DNA of 64,000 bases from Trichosphaerium sp. ATCC 40318. Taxonomy: Eukaryota; Protista; Tubulinea. The notes below the pieces were generated by a model. That model did no database searches and was not told the DNA's origin. It saw only the letters and a list, made by a program, of their open reading frames with translations. Below, piece by piece: positions 1 through 13,710 of this stretch. The stretch lies in the NCBI GenBank assembly GCA_038496445.1, contig JALMLS010000061.1, forward strand, positions 62,001-126,000, given 5' to 3'. Both the position numbers and the translations under genes were made by a program. Position 1 is the stretch's first letter. Each line of letters starts with the position of its first letter.

Positions 1-3000
1 GATTGTACCTTGTGCAACAACAAGTTCATCGTACACTGCTGTTTTTAGTTTATCTTCTTTCAAAGGTTTACCTAAACGATCTACCAATACGTAATGGCTT
101 TGATAGCCTGGTTTTATTGGCATTCCTCTTAAGTTGTTGTTAACACTTACCTATGTTGGATTAGTTTACATACAAGGAAAGGTGCTGGTTGCGTACAGGA
201 TATACATTCCCAGGAGTTACAAGGGCCAAGATAAGTGTTTTTTCATCCTTTCCTGAAGTGTCGTATGAACAGGCATATTGCATACTCCTCTTTTGGGTAA
301 AAAAAGTGAATATGAGCACATGGTAATCAGCTATTTTTAGCGTACTGTGAAATATATGCCTTGACCGTAGTATCCAGCATCCAAAGCACTCACAGTTCCA
401 AAACCACCCTTTACAATACTGTACGCAGCTTCTTCACTTGTTCCATGTACCATCAATATCACTGGCACCTTAACGAACATGGTTAGAACAGCAAAATACA
501 CAAATACAATTAGAACAATACTCGTTTTACCTCTTCTAATGACTTGTCAGTGTTTTGCGATATTATTGCATTGTATTTTTTGTAGACACTCTGTTTGTAG
601 TCCTTGTGAATATCATTTTTCCAATCCTGCTTTTTAAACAAGTGGGGAAGGTCTCTTAATAAGTTCATATTAGACTTTAGAAACGTGTAAATAAAGTGCA
701 ATAACACGTACTGATGTCTGTGTTTCAGTACATTGTTCGCTGTACCAAAGTTTTCTGTCAAGACATCATTGCATACAAGAGTTGCTTCAACAATATCAAA
801 ATATTTGTAGCCGTGTAGTTTTGACAGCTTTTCTTTGAGTATGTTTAATTCTCTTACAGCCACTTTGTCATTTGTATCAAGAAGATTCAGTGTCCTGTAA
901 TGAGTCGGCTCTAAAGTTAGCCCTCTTGTTTTCAGTTAAAAATACATTCTTTAACATCGTAATATAGTACTCACTTGGCTTTAGATCTATCCCACTTGTA
1001 TGCGTAATTCAGTCGTGGGTTTATATCCCATGCGGTTACACTATTTAATCCTTTCTGGCCTTCATTTGTTTCTTCTAGATGCGTGAGTTGATCTTTATTA
1101 CTCCACATGGTGTCTGGCAAGTCATACAAGATTCCTTGCATTAAATCTCCGTCTTGTTCCCAAAAATCCTGGAAACAGGTGTTACTTATCGGATAGACTT
1201 TAAAAACTTGTCAATGGCGTACTGGAGACAATACAATTTTGGGTTCAAATGTACAGATTAACTGACAAATGCCTTTTTCTATTGCCAGTTTAAAATAAGA
1301 GCGAGTTGGCTGTTGGTTGCTTGATTAGTTAAAAATTGTATATTGTTTTGAGATAGCTTACCAAGTGTGGTAACCAACGTAGGATAGATTCTCTGCAACA
1401 TAAATGTTTCCACAACTCATCACAAGGTTGATCACTTGGAATATGTTTTAAGAAAAGTGCAATCAATTCTTCATCGTTGTTATAGTAATCGTGTAAGATA
1501 AGACTTAAAAAGTCTTGCCACAGTCTCTTTTTAGGTGAGATGTGTCCTCCAGTTGCTTTCAATACAATACGAAGCAACTGCCCTTAATAAAAAACATAGT
1601 GAGTAAAGTAATCTGCTGTATTTAAGTACCTAAAGCAACTGAAGTTGAATTTTTGTATTCATCAACAGGATCAAACTTAATATTTGCCTGTGCCTTGATT
1701 AACATCGGAATCAGAAAACAATTACCGTCCTTGACTAATAGCATGTTAGGTAATTAAATAATTCTACTCTTGTGTGATATCACCTGCCACAAATAAAGCT
1801 GTGTCTCCTTTGTTATTAACAATAGCAACATCAATATTGGCTTTGATTACTATTGATACTTTTAAAAAATCACGTTCATATCTATGTTGACACCTACGAG
1901 CTAAGAGTAGTTAATATCTAGCTGATATCAAGCCGAATCAATCATGACTTCACCTGCAATGTGTAAAATTGTGTTTCCATGTTTATCAACAGTGTTAATA
2001 TTTTCACTGGCTTCAATTAAAGTTGATAGAGTTTCATTGCATTTTCTTATTCTTACTAAAATGGTTCTTACTAAATATTGTGGTTGAATTAGATATAACC
2101 TGCGTAATGTAATGCTGTGCTTCCATCATTATCAACTATGTCAGTATTTGCCCCTGCTCCAATCAACATAGAACACACTTCTAAATCTCCAAAACCACAT
2201 ACTAGAGAATGTTAAGGGATAGGTAATACAACAGTATCTTGTAGTATTACGTGAACAAATCAAAGCTGTTTTTCCATCTTTGTTAACAGCATCAGTACTT
2301 GCGTTAGCCTTGAGAAGCATTGATACAATTTCTTTGTAACCATTTCCTAAATCAATGAGAGGTACTCCTTGGCACATGTGATACATCACCTGTTTTTTTG
2401 TATTCACTATTTTTGTTTCCATTCATTGCTACAAAATGTAAGTCATTGTGTATGTTTATCACGGCATGCCTGCTCTAATTAATGCTGTATTTCCGTCATT
2501 GTTAGTGGCATTAATGAAAGCATTTGCCTTCAATAATATTTTCACCAATTCCTCATAACCATGTCTTGCTAAAAGTGGCAATGAGTTACACTTAAAGTTG
2601 ATAAGTCAACATCACCTGCAGTAATTAAGGGCGTGTTTCCATCGTTGGTAACAGCGTTAATATCAACATTTGCTTTTACCAGTATTGATACTACTTTACT
2701 GTGTCCATGTTCCGCTACAAGCAAGTTGTGATATGTTGTATGTCATCTTGTGAGTACCTGCGATATATAAAGGCGTTTCTCCATCGTTGTTAGCAGCATT
2801 GATATTTGCATGCTCTTTCATTAATAGTGACACAATATCATCATTACCATGCCGAGCTTAGATTATATGAGTGAAAGTACATTTCTTCTATGTTGTAAGT
2901 GATGTACCTGCCCACATTAAAGCTGTCATTCCATTTTTGTCCACAAAATTGATTTTTGCTTTAGCATTTAATAATACTGATACAATTTCACGACATCCCA

Positions 3001-4144
3001 CTAAATGATTATGAGTTTTACAGGTCTAACATTGTATAACACGATGTAGTAAGTCATAATTTTTTATCGTCTGTACACTTACTACCACACATCAAAGCTG
3101 TATATCCATTAGCAGAAACAGCATCAATATTTGCATTCGCTGAAATAAGAAGGGAAACAATTTCAATTTCATGTTTTTGTACTAAGAGTACAGTAAGAGG
3201 TAGAGTTAATATCATCTTGTGAAATTACCTGCATGTATCAACGCTGTATCTCCGTATTTATCAGTAGCGTCAATATTTGCATTTCCATCGATTAATATTG
3301 ATACAACCTTACTATGCCCGTTCCTTACTAAAAGCAGCGATGTCACAAACAGCATATTTTTCGTCTTGTCTTGTTTTAGTACCTGCAAGAACCAAAGCTG
3401 TCTTTCCATATTTACCCACAGCATTGATATTTGCATTTGCATTTACCAACATTGACACAATATCATAATGGCCTTCATGTGCTACAAAGCTATGTTGAGT
3501 TGTCAAACAGTATCTTTGTGAAACTTACCAGCATAAATTAAAGCTGACCATTCACTTTCAGGTTCACGAGCATCAACATTTGCGCCCGCTTTAATTAGCA
3601 GTGACACAGTATTACTATGTCCTTTTCGTGCTAAACAGGTAATGAGAATTGATTTATGTGTTTGTCAAAACTTACCTGCAATACTTAAAACTGTTTCTCC
3701 TTTATAAATTTTCATTTCAGATTGGTAGTGCCTAGCTGCAGTGTTTGGATTTGCGTTCGCTTTGAGTAGAATTGATACTGTGTCACTATGACCATTACAT
3801 GCTAAAGGTTAAAGTAAGTTACAGTTACTGTGTCACCAGAATCATGTTTAAGGCCGTTCAATTGAAATTAACTAACACTTTCAAACAAAAAAAAAGGTGG
3901 TTGTGGCCACTCTATTATTTTTCTTTACGTAACCTGCGTAAAGTAAAGCACTCCCATCTTTACAATTAACATCAATATTTTGTTTAATAATATCCGATAG
4001 TATGTCGTTTTGGCCATCCTTTGCTAAGGAAGGTGAACAAATATTACCTCACCTAATTTATTTACCTGCATTCACTAAAGCGATTTCCTTTTGCGAGTAG
4101 GTCATAGTTTCTACAGCGATCTTTTTGCCTTGAAGATCCGCCAT
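1..4144 (-). CDS. Ankyrin-repeat protein with C-terminal PARP-type ADP-ribosyltransferase domain (multi-exon; 3' end runs off the window start)
   Basis: ATG at 4144 (MADLQGKK). About 16 short exons between 4024 and 1630 each encode one ankyrin repeat (e.g. AHEGHYDIVSMLVNANANINAVGKYGKTALVLA). Exons at 470-10 read VILMVHGTSEEAAYSIVKGGFGTVSALDAGYYGQGIYFT...ILALVTPGNVYP...GYQSH...VYDELVVAQ, the H-Y-E signature of the PARP/ARTD fold. One repeat exon is truncated (~2390-2428) and one has an extra base (~2760-2857). Confidence 0.8.
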
Positions 4145-4453
4145 GGTGTATGTACTATTCTTACAGAATTCTATCACTTATTAGCACGTGTCGGTCTGAA
4201 TGTTGATGGAATTTATCGTGTGAGCACTAAAAGATGTCCATCTCGAAAAATCTTGTGTTTTTTAAGTTCTGCTAAAAGGACAATAATCGATGATTTGTGG
4301 CTAAATTTATAGAATTCGTATGTGTAAGTATGGTAATAACGGGAAGAACAAAAATAGCCAAATAATAACGCTTAAAATAATCGAAAAAATTTGGTACTGG
4401 TTAACAAATTATTGGTGTTTCTTAGCGCTAAATTTTATTCGCTTTGGTCGTTT

Positions 4454-4829
4454 TGTCGTATATGACCTTGTCATATTCGTCATTCGTCATCATTCAGATA
4501 ACGAAGTACTTAATCCCTATGTATATAAGTTAGTTAATAAATTAGATTTCTCCTTACCTTGTACTATTTACAACGTCTTATAACCGTAGCTAAGTTATAC
4601 GACAGTTTTCTTCTACTCTATTCTCTACGTGCCTTTAGGTGTATTTAAACAACTAACTCAAAGTTAATTACCTTATCGCTCCTGATGTCGTATAACTTAG
4701 CTACGGTTATAGGACGAGTTGTTGCAGGTACGAGGTAAGGAGAATTCTGTATTTATTAATTTTATAACATTTAGGAACTTCGTTATATTCAGATAACGAA
4801 TGACGTATATGAAGTATTCATATACGACA
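4454..4829. repeat. Long imperfect inverted repeat (foldback hairpin)
   Basis: TATAACCGTAGCTAAGTTATACGACA (4579-4604) is the exact reverse complement of 4686-4711. Pairing continues outward through TTCTCCTTACCTTGTAC/GTACGAGGTAAGGAGAA to TGTCGTATATGA (4454-4465)/TCATATACGACA (4818-4829). Loop about 80 nt. Confidence 0.88.
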
Positions 4830-5089
4830 CTGATATATCGCGCAGAAGTTGGTTTATGCGATGCTTACGTCTACGAAAAAATCACGTGATACCTTTTTTA
4901 CGCTAATTTTTTTTCGCGAATTTTAACGTAGAAATCAATACAAGTATTAACTCTCCTCGAGATTAACATATTTATCCTTATGTCCAACCATTAACAGCGT
5001 TACGGTAAACTGTTTACCGTACACACTAACAATCCTCATACTTTCGGTGTAATTTCGAAGAAGGATACAGTTTAATTGTGTCTGCATTA

Positions 5090-7246
5090 CTAGGCGCAAA
5101 TGCAAATATTGATGTTGATAACCACAAATTGACACCTTTGATGTGGGCAAGTAACATATCAGGTGAGATACAACGTTAACTCATCATTGATTAGCACAAA
5201 ATGGACACAATGAAGTTGTATCAATACTAATCAAAGCCAATGCAAATGTTAATGCTGCTAATGAAGATGGATGGACAGCTTTGATGTATGCAGGTAATAA
5301 TATCAAGATACAATGTGAGTTGCAACTCACACCGCCATTAGAACAAAAAGAAACTGTATCCTTACACTAATCAAAGCCGATGCTGACGTCAATGCTGTTG
5401 ATTAAAACACGAAGACTCAGTTTTACTTAAGACAGGTAATATTGTTGTGTCATAACTGCAGCTTTACTTTATGCAGGCAACGTGCTACAAAAAGTACTTT
5501 ACACTTATTTTATTTGTTCGTAAAAAAAATGCTTGCTCTTATGCAGTCACACAAGACCTATAGTATTTTCGCATCCAGTGCATTTAATGAGTAAAAATCT
5601 CCTCAAATATTCCTCAAATTCTACATTCTAAATGACGTTCTCATTTTTGCTTTAGCTGAGAACAACGGTGATAAGTTTACTGAAATTTTCAATGGTATTA
5701 AATGTAAAAGCGAATGTTGATGTTGTTGATAAAGATGGCAAGACAGCTTTATGCAGGTAACGTCACTTTAAATACCATTCAAAACAATTGATTGACAACC
5801 GATAGTGGAACAGCTTTTTATTTTGCAGGTAACTGTGCTTATCCATAAATTCCAACTCACGTTTCCTTTAAGTGTGGTATAGTGAGGATGATGTTGACAT
5901 GATTTCAATGTTGCTAGCAGCAAAAGCAAATACTGAAGTTGGTGATTCCAAATGTAGGAGCAACTCTAGTTTGTAACGATATCTTGACTGAAACTTTTGG
6001 AAGAGCCAACAAACTATTGAAATACAGACACTAGTACGATATCCAAAAAGAACAAATTGATTGCCCTTGTAATTCTAACCTCTATTTAAAGGGATCTACC
6101 AACTTGTTTAAAAAGCAGGAATGGAAGGAAGATAATATTAATAAGGATTACAAGGGATGCTGTTTACCAAAAGTATGAGGCACTCGCTCCACAAAATGGA
6201 TCAACTGATGCTGATGACGCTTCAGCAGTAGATGTAAGTAGTCCTGCTCAAATCGTGCTTACAATCTTGTTTTTAGTTACCAGTGATATTGATGGTACAT
6301 GGAGCTAGTGAAGAAGCTGCGTACAGTATTGTAAAGGGTGGTTTGGGACTGTGAGCTCTTTGGATGCTGGTTACTATGGTCAAGGCATTTACTTCACTGT
6401 ACGCTAAACAAAACCGTTTAAATTATGCACGTGCTCAATGCTCACATTTTTCTTTGAATACGCTTGTTCATATGATGCCTCAGGAAAAGGAGAAAAAACC
6501 CTTATCCTAAGTTTTGTCACGCCTGGTAATGTATATCCTGTAAGTAATCAACATATATAGCCACATTACCTTTTTTATCTTAAGGTCCATTCAAAATGAC
6601 GTCTTAAGAGGGAACCCAATAAGCCAGGATACCAAAGCCATTACACGTTGGTAGCCACTCAGGTAAACCTCTGAAAGAAGGGAAACTAAAAACAGCAGTG
6701 TACGATGAGCTTGTTGTTGCACAAGGTACAATCAAGAAACAAATGATATTTATTTAGTTCTTGCTAATGATGAGTTCAGATTATCAAACCATTGCTCGTT
6801 ACATCATCAAAGTGGTACTGAAAAGGAAAGATATCGAACCAAAGAAAAGCGATAGAGCCATTAAGAAGAATATAAATATAAATAAACCAAATGAACAGGT
6901 TGTGTCTGGTAATAATTCAGATGACTCAGATGACGTATACAATGTTGATGACGACAACTTCATTAGTAGCCGGTAATACTTACACTTCTTTTTGCTAATT
7001 GGCAATACAAGAAAACTATGGGCTTCTCATGTAGAGATGCCTGATGAAGAAGAGTCAAACAATAATCTCAATACCGAACAAAAACCAAGTAATGAGGATC
7101 TACAGCAAGCCAACAGAAACTTATCCCACAGTATTGCAAATCAGAAAAAATACATTGTTGAGCTACAAGAAACCAACAATAACTTACAAGCAAGCCTTGC
7201 TGAAGTGCTGGATAAAATAGCTTGCCTTGAAACTGGGAAGAATTAA
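5090..7246 (+). pseudogene. Degenerate divergently oriented paralog of the ankyrin-PARP gene
   Basis: Ankyrin exons at 5090-5960 are partly broken (in-frame TAA at ~5403). 6279-6730 is nearly identical to the reverse complement of 1-470 (MVHGASEEAAYSIVKGG...YYGQGIYFT...YDELVVAQ), but has a 1-nt deletion (GGTGGTTTGGGACT vs GGTGGTTTTGGAACT). Most of the middle domain is missing. Acidic and coiled-coil tail to 7246. Confidence 0.75.
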
Positions 7247-8053
7247 CTAAATCGTGTAACTGAGCAGAACAATAAACAACAGTATAGAAACGCTCGTGGT
7301 AGGAATTGCTAAATGTTTCGTTTTATACATACAACAATCTTATGTGATAGTTTAATTTGTAGCGGTCAGCTCACTTGTTTGAGTCGTTGACTTCGATAAT
7401 CTTAGATAGATAAAATTTTATTGTGTCCTTTTGTACTAAACAATTGAGTCGGTTATAACAAATGAAACCATTTCAATAGTTACGTAAGCGATTCAAGTAA
7501 CGTTGTAAAGTTTACTATCTATGGTTGGTTTCACATTCAACAATCTCACATACCCACGTACAGCTAGGTTTATGTTTGTATCACGTGATAAGTGAAAGTT
7601 TTACACTGACTAGAATGGCAACAGTAGCTAGTGGAATTGACCTGATAGGCTTTTTGACGTATTCGTTTTGCACGATGTGCACAAACGGAAAAAGCTTGCG
7701 AAAGTTAGATACATTCATATGTCGCTTAGTCAAAGTCCATCCAGGTTTAGTATACTTTCATGTTTAGACTAGGGCTTGAATAACACTACGAATGTTCGTA
7801 CAAGTTACAACTCATGTCTAAAAGCACACATGTACTAATATAGGAATTTAATAAAACAAATTGACTGAAATCAGTGCGATTTTTAATCGAGTTGGTACTG
7901 TCATCTCAGGCTGTAACTCGATTTCGCTCATTTACAAGGTAATTTATTATTAAAACTAGACGTACATCTAAGAATTTGCCTTGCAACGAAAGAATACAAC
8001 GAAACCAGGTAGCACTTTTAAACAATTCCGTAGTTTGACAATTTGGTTTTGAG

Positions 8054-9326
8054 TCACTTATCTTTGTTTCTGTTTCGTACTGCCCAACTGTATGGATAAA
8101 TACGTTCACGCCATGATGGAATGATCAACGTCATTGCCAATATTACAAGCACAAGTAAGACAACCAGTATAATGATAACCACTACAGGTATTACAGGAAA
8201 ATCAGAACCACCATCTGATTGAGATGAACAAGCTCCAGAAAATAAAATAATAATACTCCCACGTGTACCTAGGTAACAAACGTGTAAATTACTAAGAGGC
8301 AGTATCGGTTTATCACATACTTTGTTGAAAGCATGAGCTGGTTGTATCTGACAGTGAGATGTTGTCTTTGTCAATCACGCAATCATCTCTGAAAGTAATC
8401 AATGTCAAGGCATCAATGTTCTTAGAGAAGCTACATCAATATTTAACTTAAGCATTAACCTTACTTGTACTGCTGTGGTATCAATAACTATGTTCTCGTT
8501 GAAAAATGCACACCCTCCTACCAAGATTGAACTATTTGAATCAACTACAATCACTGTATTCTCCAAAAACACCACATCTCCTACATTACATTCTATTAGG
8601 TCAAAATGGTATTTAACGTTTGGTGTGCCAGGTATTGAGTAGGTTGTTCCTACAACAGAAAAAATGCCATCAATAGTAATTGTATTGCTAGTTGGAGGTA
8701 AGGGCGTAGGCAGATAAACACAAACAACTTGAAAGGCGCTGGGACCATTTCCACATGCTACATCATTGAAACCTAATACACGTGATTACATTAATATAGT
8801 AAATAACTTACCATTGTCGCGCATCTGAAGACACCTCTCTTGAACAGAATGAAAGTCTGTAAAGGTAGGTTCACTACCACCTGCAAAGTACTGTTGCAAA
8901 AACGTGAAAACACTTCTGTTCGCTCCAACATAAAACAAGTCTGTTTCAAATATGTTTTTACCACTGTTCTGCCATGTGAATGATGATAGTGCCTTCTTAC
9001 AACGTTCACATTCAGTACCATTATTGCGGCATGGTAGACAATCGTCAGTATAAGTTGTGCTATCGTTCCGACGTGCATTAAGCCATACAGCAGTGTCTGA
9101 CGTGCCATTTGTATAGGCTTTGATTGTTTCATAGTCGGATCCGGTTAGTATTTCTGGCAACGTTTGGTTACTAGGAACTTTTAGAAATTACAAGAGTTAG
9201 TATCACGTGCGTTCTTTGACAGGTATTTGAAGCTATTTCAAAAGATTTAGTTTTATTGGTTGCTTGGCTTTCATTAGAACCCGTGAATGAAAGTATGAGA
9301 GCGAAAAGACCAAATACATAGAACAT
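8054..9326 (-). CDS. Type I membrane protein with C-type lectin-like domain
   Basis: Signal peptide MFYVFGLFALILSFTGS. CTLD-like pattern VWLNA...FTWQ...EP...RCLQM...FNDVAC...QVVC. C-terminal TM helix VIPVVVIIILVVLLVLVILAMTLII. Several short introns. Confidence 0.62.
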
Positions 9327-9740
9327 AATTAATCGTGATAGTCGTTTTATTTATAATAAATGCCTCAAAGCTAAGTGTACGGTTAGAGTTTAATATTTGT
9401 GGTATAAAAGGACTGCTGTAATAATAGTTAAAACTAACAACATAAAAGAAGTTTCCTTTGGTAAAATCCTTACCTGCTAAACGTTCAAGTAATAAAGTGG
9501 TAAAGTCGGCAAAAAGCAGTCTATTGAAATCATGTCAAAATTTGGTGACATATTTTTAGCTAAAACAAGTACGTGATAGATAAATGCTTTATTGTTCAGT
9601 ATACCTGGCTAAATCTAATACAAGAAGAGATTGTGCTTATTTACACTAGCCTTCGTTATTATAGCCTCTACTGCCCATTCCATACATTTAACTTGTCTTT
9701 TTTTTTAGCTAAAAGAAACTCCACAAATTGGTTGGAGATA

Positions 9741-11387
9741 TCAACAGTTTGAATACCCGTCAACAATCTTGCCAGCAGGTTTGATCCAATAGATTTCACT
9801 TGTTTTAGTACCACCCAACATACTATGTGGGAAAGGTACCTTGTAGTCAGCAACCTTAGCTAAACGTTCCATATGGTCTAGTCAAGAAAAATCACGTGTT
9901 AGTTTTGAAGTCTTCTCAAAACATAAAGCTTAAGAAAGGGTACCTTTAGTGAGTCTGAATTTACTCTCCAAAGCACCAATGTTATCCTTCAAATGACGAA
10001 CTTTTGAAATACCAACAAGAGCAGATGTGATACCACGTTGTTGGAGTACCCAGTTCAATGAAACTTGAGAAGGAGTACATTCGAGTTCTTTTGAGATTTT
10101 GACAAGTTCGTCAGCAATATCGTAATCCTTCTCGCTCATTTGAACCACCCTTTGGCCTTCTCCTGCCTGTATCATAATTTAGTACATGGTTCTCCGACTG
10201 TTATAAGGATGTACCTCTTGTCCACGTAAAAATCTTCCGGTAAACTTTCCTCCACCGAGAGCTGCCCAAGGTACACCGCCAAGACCCATTTGAAGAGACA
10301 TCGGGATCACATCAGCTTCAAACTCTCTATCGCCAACGTTGTAGCGGCCTGAGTAAGCGATAAACTTGCTAAGAAGAACATCAACTTGACGTAGAAAGGA
10401 AAATTGTATGCACTTACGCCCATCCATATTTATCAGCGATAGCTTGAGCATAAGAAACAACCCAAGCTGGTGTATCAGACACTGCAATGTATCGAACTTT
10501 ACCAGAACGAACCTACACAGCGAAACCGTCAATGATTTAAACAACATGTTTAATACAAATTCTTTGTCTTTTTTTCCGTCTCAAAACCAGAAGGGGGATT
10601 ACTTACCAAAGTGTCCAAACCACGCATTACTTCTTCGATAGGTGTGGTGTAGTCCCATACGTGTACATATAGAACATCCTAAAAGAAGCATTAGCACGTG
10701 AATGTTTCAACAAAAGATTTTGCTTGACGTACAATGTATGATGTTTTAAGTCTCTTCAAAGACATATCTATTGAGTACATCATGTTCTTTAAACCGTTTC
10801 CAGCATGGTTAATGTTTACTGGAACGCCAAAAAATGGTGCGCTAAACTTGGTGGCAATGACAAGCTACGAAAAAGAGAATGAGACCAAGTACAAACGAGA
10901 GAAACTTAGAAACAATTTTCAACAACGGAGAAAAAAAAGGAAACTATTTTCATTTTCATTCACAACCAGAAGTTGGTATTGTGATTTTTTCACATTGCGT
11001 ACCTCTTCGCGGTTACCAGCTTCTTCCATAAATTCGCCCAACCACTCCTCAGATTGTCCATTTTGGTAATTGACTGCGGTATCAAAGAAATTACCACCTT
11101 CAGCAATGAAATGCTTAAAGACCTTCTTGGCTTCTTCTTTCTCCATGTGGACTCCTTCAGGTGTGTATTAGAGAAAGCGGGTTAAAGATAGAGAAAAACG
11201 TACCGAAAGCTTTCCAATTTTGTCCCCAAGTCATTATACCCAAGCATAGAGGCGATACGCGAAGGCCTTGAAGTGGAAGTTAAGAAAATGAGCGCACTTC
11301 AAGTCGTGTCATACCTGATTTGCCTAGTAGACGGTACTCACTGAGTCCACTCTTACTCTCAGGATGTTTAAGTATTGCTCCGGACAT
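9741..11387 (-). CDS. Aldo-keto reductase (aryl-alcohol dehydrogenase-like)
   Basis: Spliced exons give YRLLGKSGLRVSPLCLG, GGNFFDTAVNYQNGQSEEWLG, VIATKF, LYVHVWD, VPWAALGGGKFTG and TPSQVSLNWVL, typical AKR motifs. Confidence 0.9.
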
Positions 11388-11970
11388 TTTTGTTGTAGTT
11401 GTGTTGTAACTGTTAGGTTGTTTTGAAATTAATGAAAAAAACTTTTGGAAAACACTAAATCACACGTGATTAAGTTGCCTTTTTTTTTGTTTCACAATTA
11501 TCTCGCCAAGCACAGAAGTCACTTGATGCGAGTGCTATAGCGGTGTAAGTACCATATAAGCGTTCTCGGACAAATATTTGACCCTTTTTTGTTAAACACC
11601 ACTACGAACATCAAGAGCCATTGAAAAACGTATCTTGCTCCTTTTTCTAACATATCGGCGTTTATTTTACCCCATACGTATTCGTCTTGTATTAATGTGC
11701 ACCAACTCAAAAATCAGATTAATTTCCGTTTCTACGCTGTTGGTTGTTTGCTGCTTTCTGGGTTATTGTTTGTAAACTTGTACACAAAAACTACCATTTT
11801 ACTTCTACACTGTTGCTTATTTACTGCTCGCTGTCTTTTTTTCTGAGTTTATTTCGAACCTCTTAATCTCAGAACTATTTCTTTAACATTCGAATACTGT
11901 ATATTGTCGGCTTATTCTTAACGTCAATTCTTAGCTCAAGAAACTCAAAAGAAACATTACAAACTTTTTA

Positions 11971-13710
11971 TTATTCGACAACAGCAGAGAGAAATAAGTG
12001 ACTTGTTTCGGAACCACTGATCGCCTTTCTAGAGTTATACTGATTATGAACGAAAGAAGGATCAGTTATATCATCTGATTCTATGAGGTAATCCCTCCAT
12101 GTTCCCAATACTTCAAAATCGTGACTTTTATCAGCTTTTCTCCATAATGTTTGACCTAGAATATTGTAAGTTTTATTTCTTGTCTTTGTAGCACGCTACC
12201 CAGTATTCCATGCGGTCTTATTTCACTCAATCTACCTGTGAAGGATGCTCTCAAATTAATATGACATGTTGAATGCTTGCTAGAGCTGAATCGAAGAGAA
12301 AACTTGTAGCTGGGAAACAAGTAAGAATAAAAACCGAAAATCTGAAAGAACTAAACTTACGGTGGTGAGTCGAACAGTGTTCGTCTATTTTTAGCGTTTG
12401 TAATACGCACGTGACCTGAATCAATTTCAAAAGTATCACTCTTTGTTACATGATTATGGTTGAATTGTATATGATGTGTTAACGTTTGTCTATCGCAGTA
12501 CATAACAAGAGTGTCGTTTCCTTTGACAATAGCTATTGATCCAAGGTATGTTTCGTTTTTTTTCGTAAGGTCACTTGGAAGGAATAGTGCATTTATAAAA
12601 ATAGTTTCATCTGATAGTATAGAGAACACTTTGTTTGGCACACCATGGAAGTCACTAAAAGATGTACATTAGTGTCAAAAAAGAAAAAAAAGGTAATAAC
12701 TTGCAATCTTTGTTTCAGAAAACCAACAAAATGAGGGTCTCCAGAGATTGACGGCGCTTGAAGTAATCCAACAGTCAAATCATCAATTCCTACAGTACTG
12801 TTAGATAACAGTACCATATTGACACTACTGGTGCATACGTAGATTAGAAGCTGTAACCAAAGCAATATTATCAAAAGCTTCTGTTTGACTGTCTATACAT
12901 ATTGTAATAAACCGAGCAGTAAAGTCTCCAAACATAATCCCAAGCAGATTAAAACTTTGACTGAAACCGTTACTATCACTGACAGTTATTTCCAAATCTG
13001 AAACTGTTCCAACAACTAGAGTACATTAGTCTTAAACGTCAAAAACAACAAATGAATACAAAAATCTTGTGTTTAATCAAATTTTCTCATAGCGTACCAG
13101 AGAATCCAATACAATCTATCGGAGATGACAGTGCAATATTTACGGGAGTGATAGAAGGCTTAAATAAAACTGTTAGGTGGAATGCAACAAATTCTATTCA
13201 AATAGAAATACGCACAAGTTTAGAAAAGTCGTTCGGAGGGCTGATTGCTAAAGGCGTCATTTGAGCGATTTGCACTTCGCCAACGCCTCCTGTCATTGTG
13301 GCTGTAGGCAAGGGTAGCCCATAGTCAAAAATAAACGGCTGTGGGTCCAACTGGCCGAATCCGCTAAATTCCTCAACGCCTTTGGATTGTTAAACACGTG
13401 GGCGGATGAGAAGTACCTTATCTTACCGGACAAAGCCAAACTAGATAAGAAATTCCCACGTGCTATCTGTGTGTTCGTAGGAGGTCCTGAAAACAACAAA
13501 TCCGGCATGCTTTCGCTCAGCGTTGCAGCATAGACTACATTAAGTACGTCTAAAAGTAGTAATGCGTAGATGAAGTGTACACCTAATTAAAACAAAGATA
13601 TATAAGTATTTAGTACAAAGAGAGCGTAACACATCAAAGATACTCCAATGTACAGAAAGCATATCTCTGCGGAGGATTATGCAAATAAAATAGAGCGTGC
13701 CTGTTACCAT
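11971..13710 (-). CDS. Probable secreted protein with GDPHF (VWD/root-cap-like) domain; 5' end uncertain
   Basis: SISGDPHFVGFLKQR...FHGVPNKVFSILSDETIFINALF...LGQT. Upstream exons at 12845-13510 splice in frame. Confidence 0.55.

Noticed and set aside
4091-4583. Short ORFs overlapping the hairpin region
   Set aside because: No domain similarity; they overlap the ankyrin gene start antisense or one arm of the inverted repeat.
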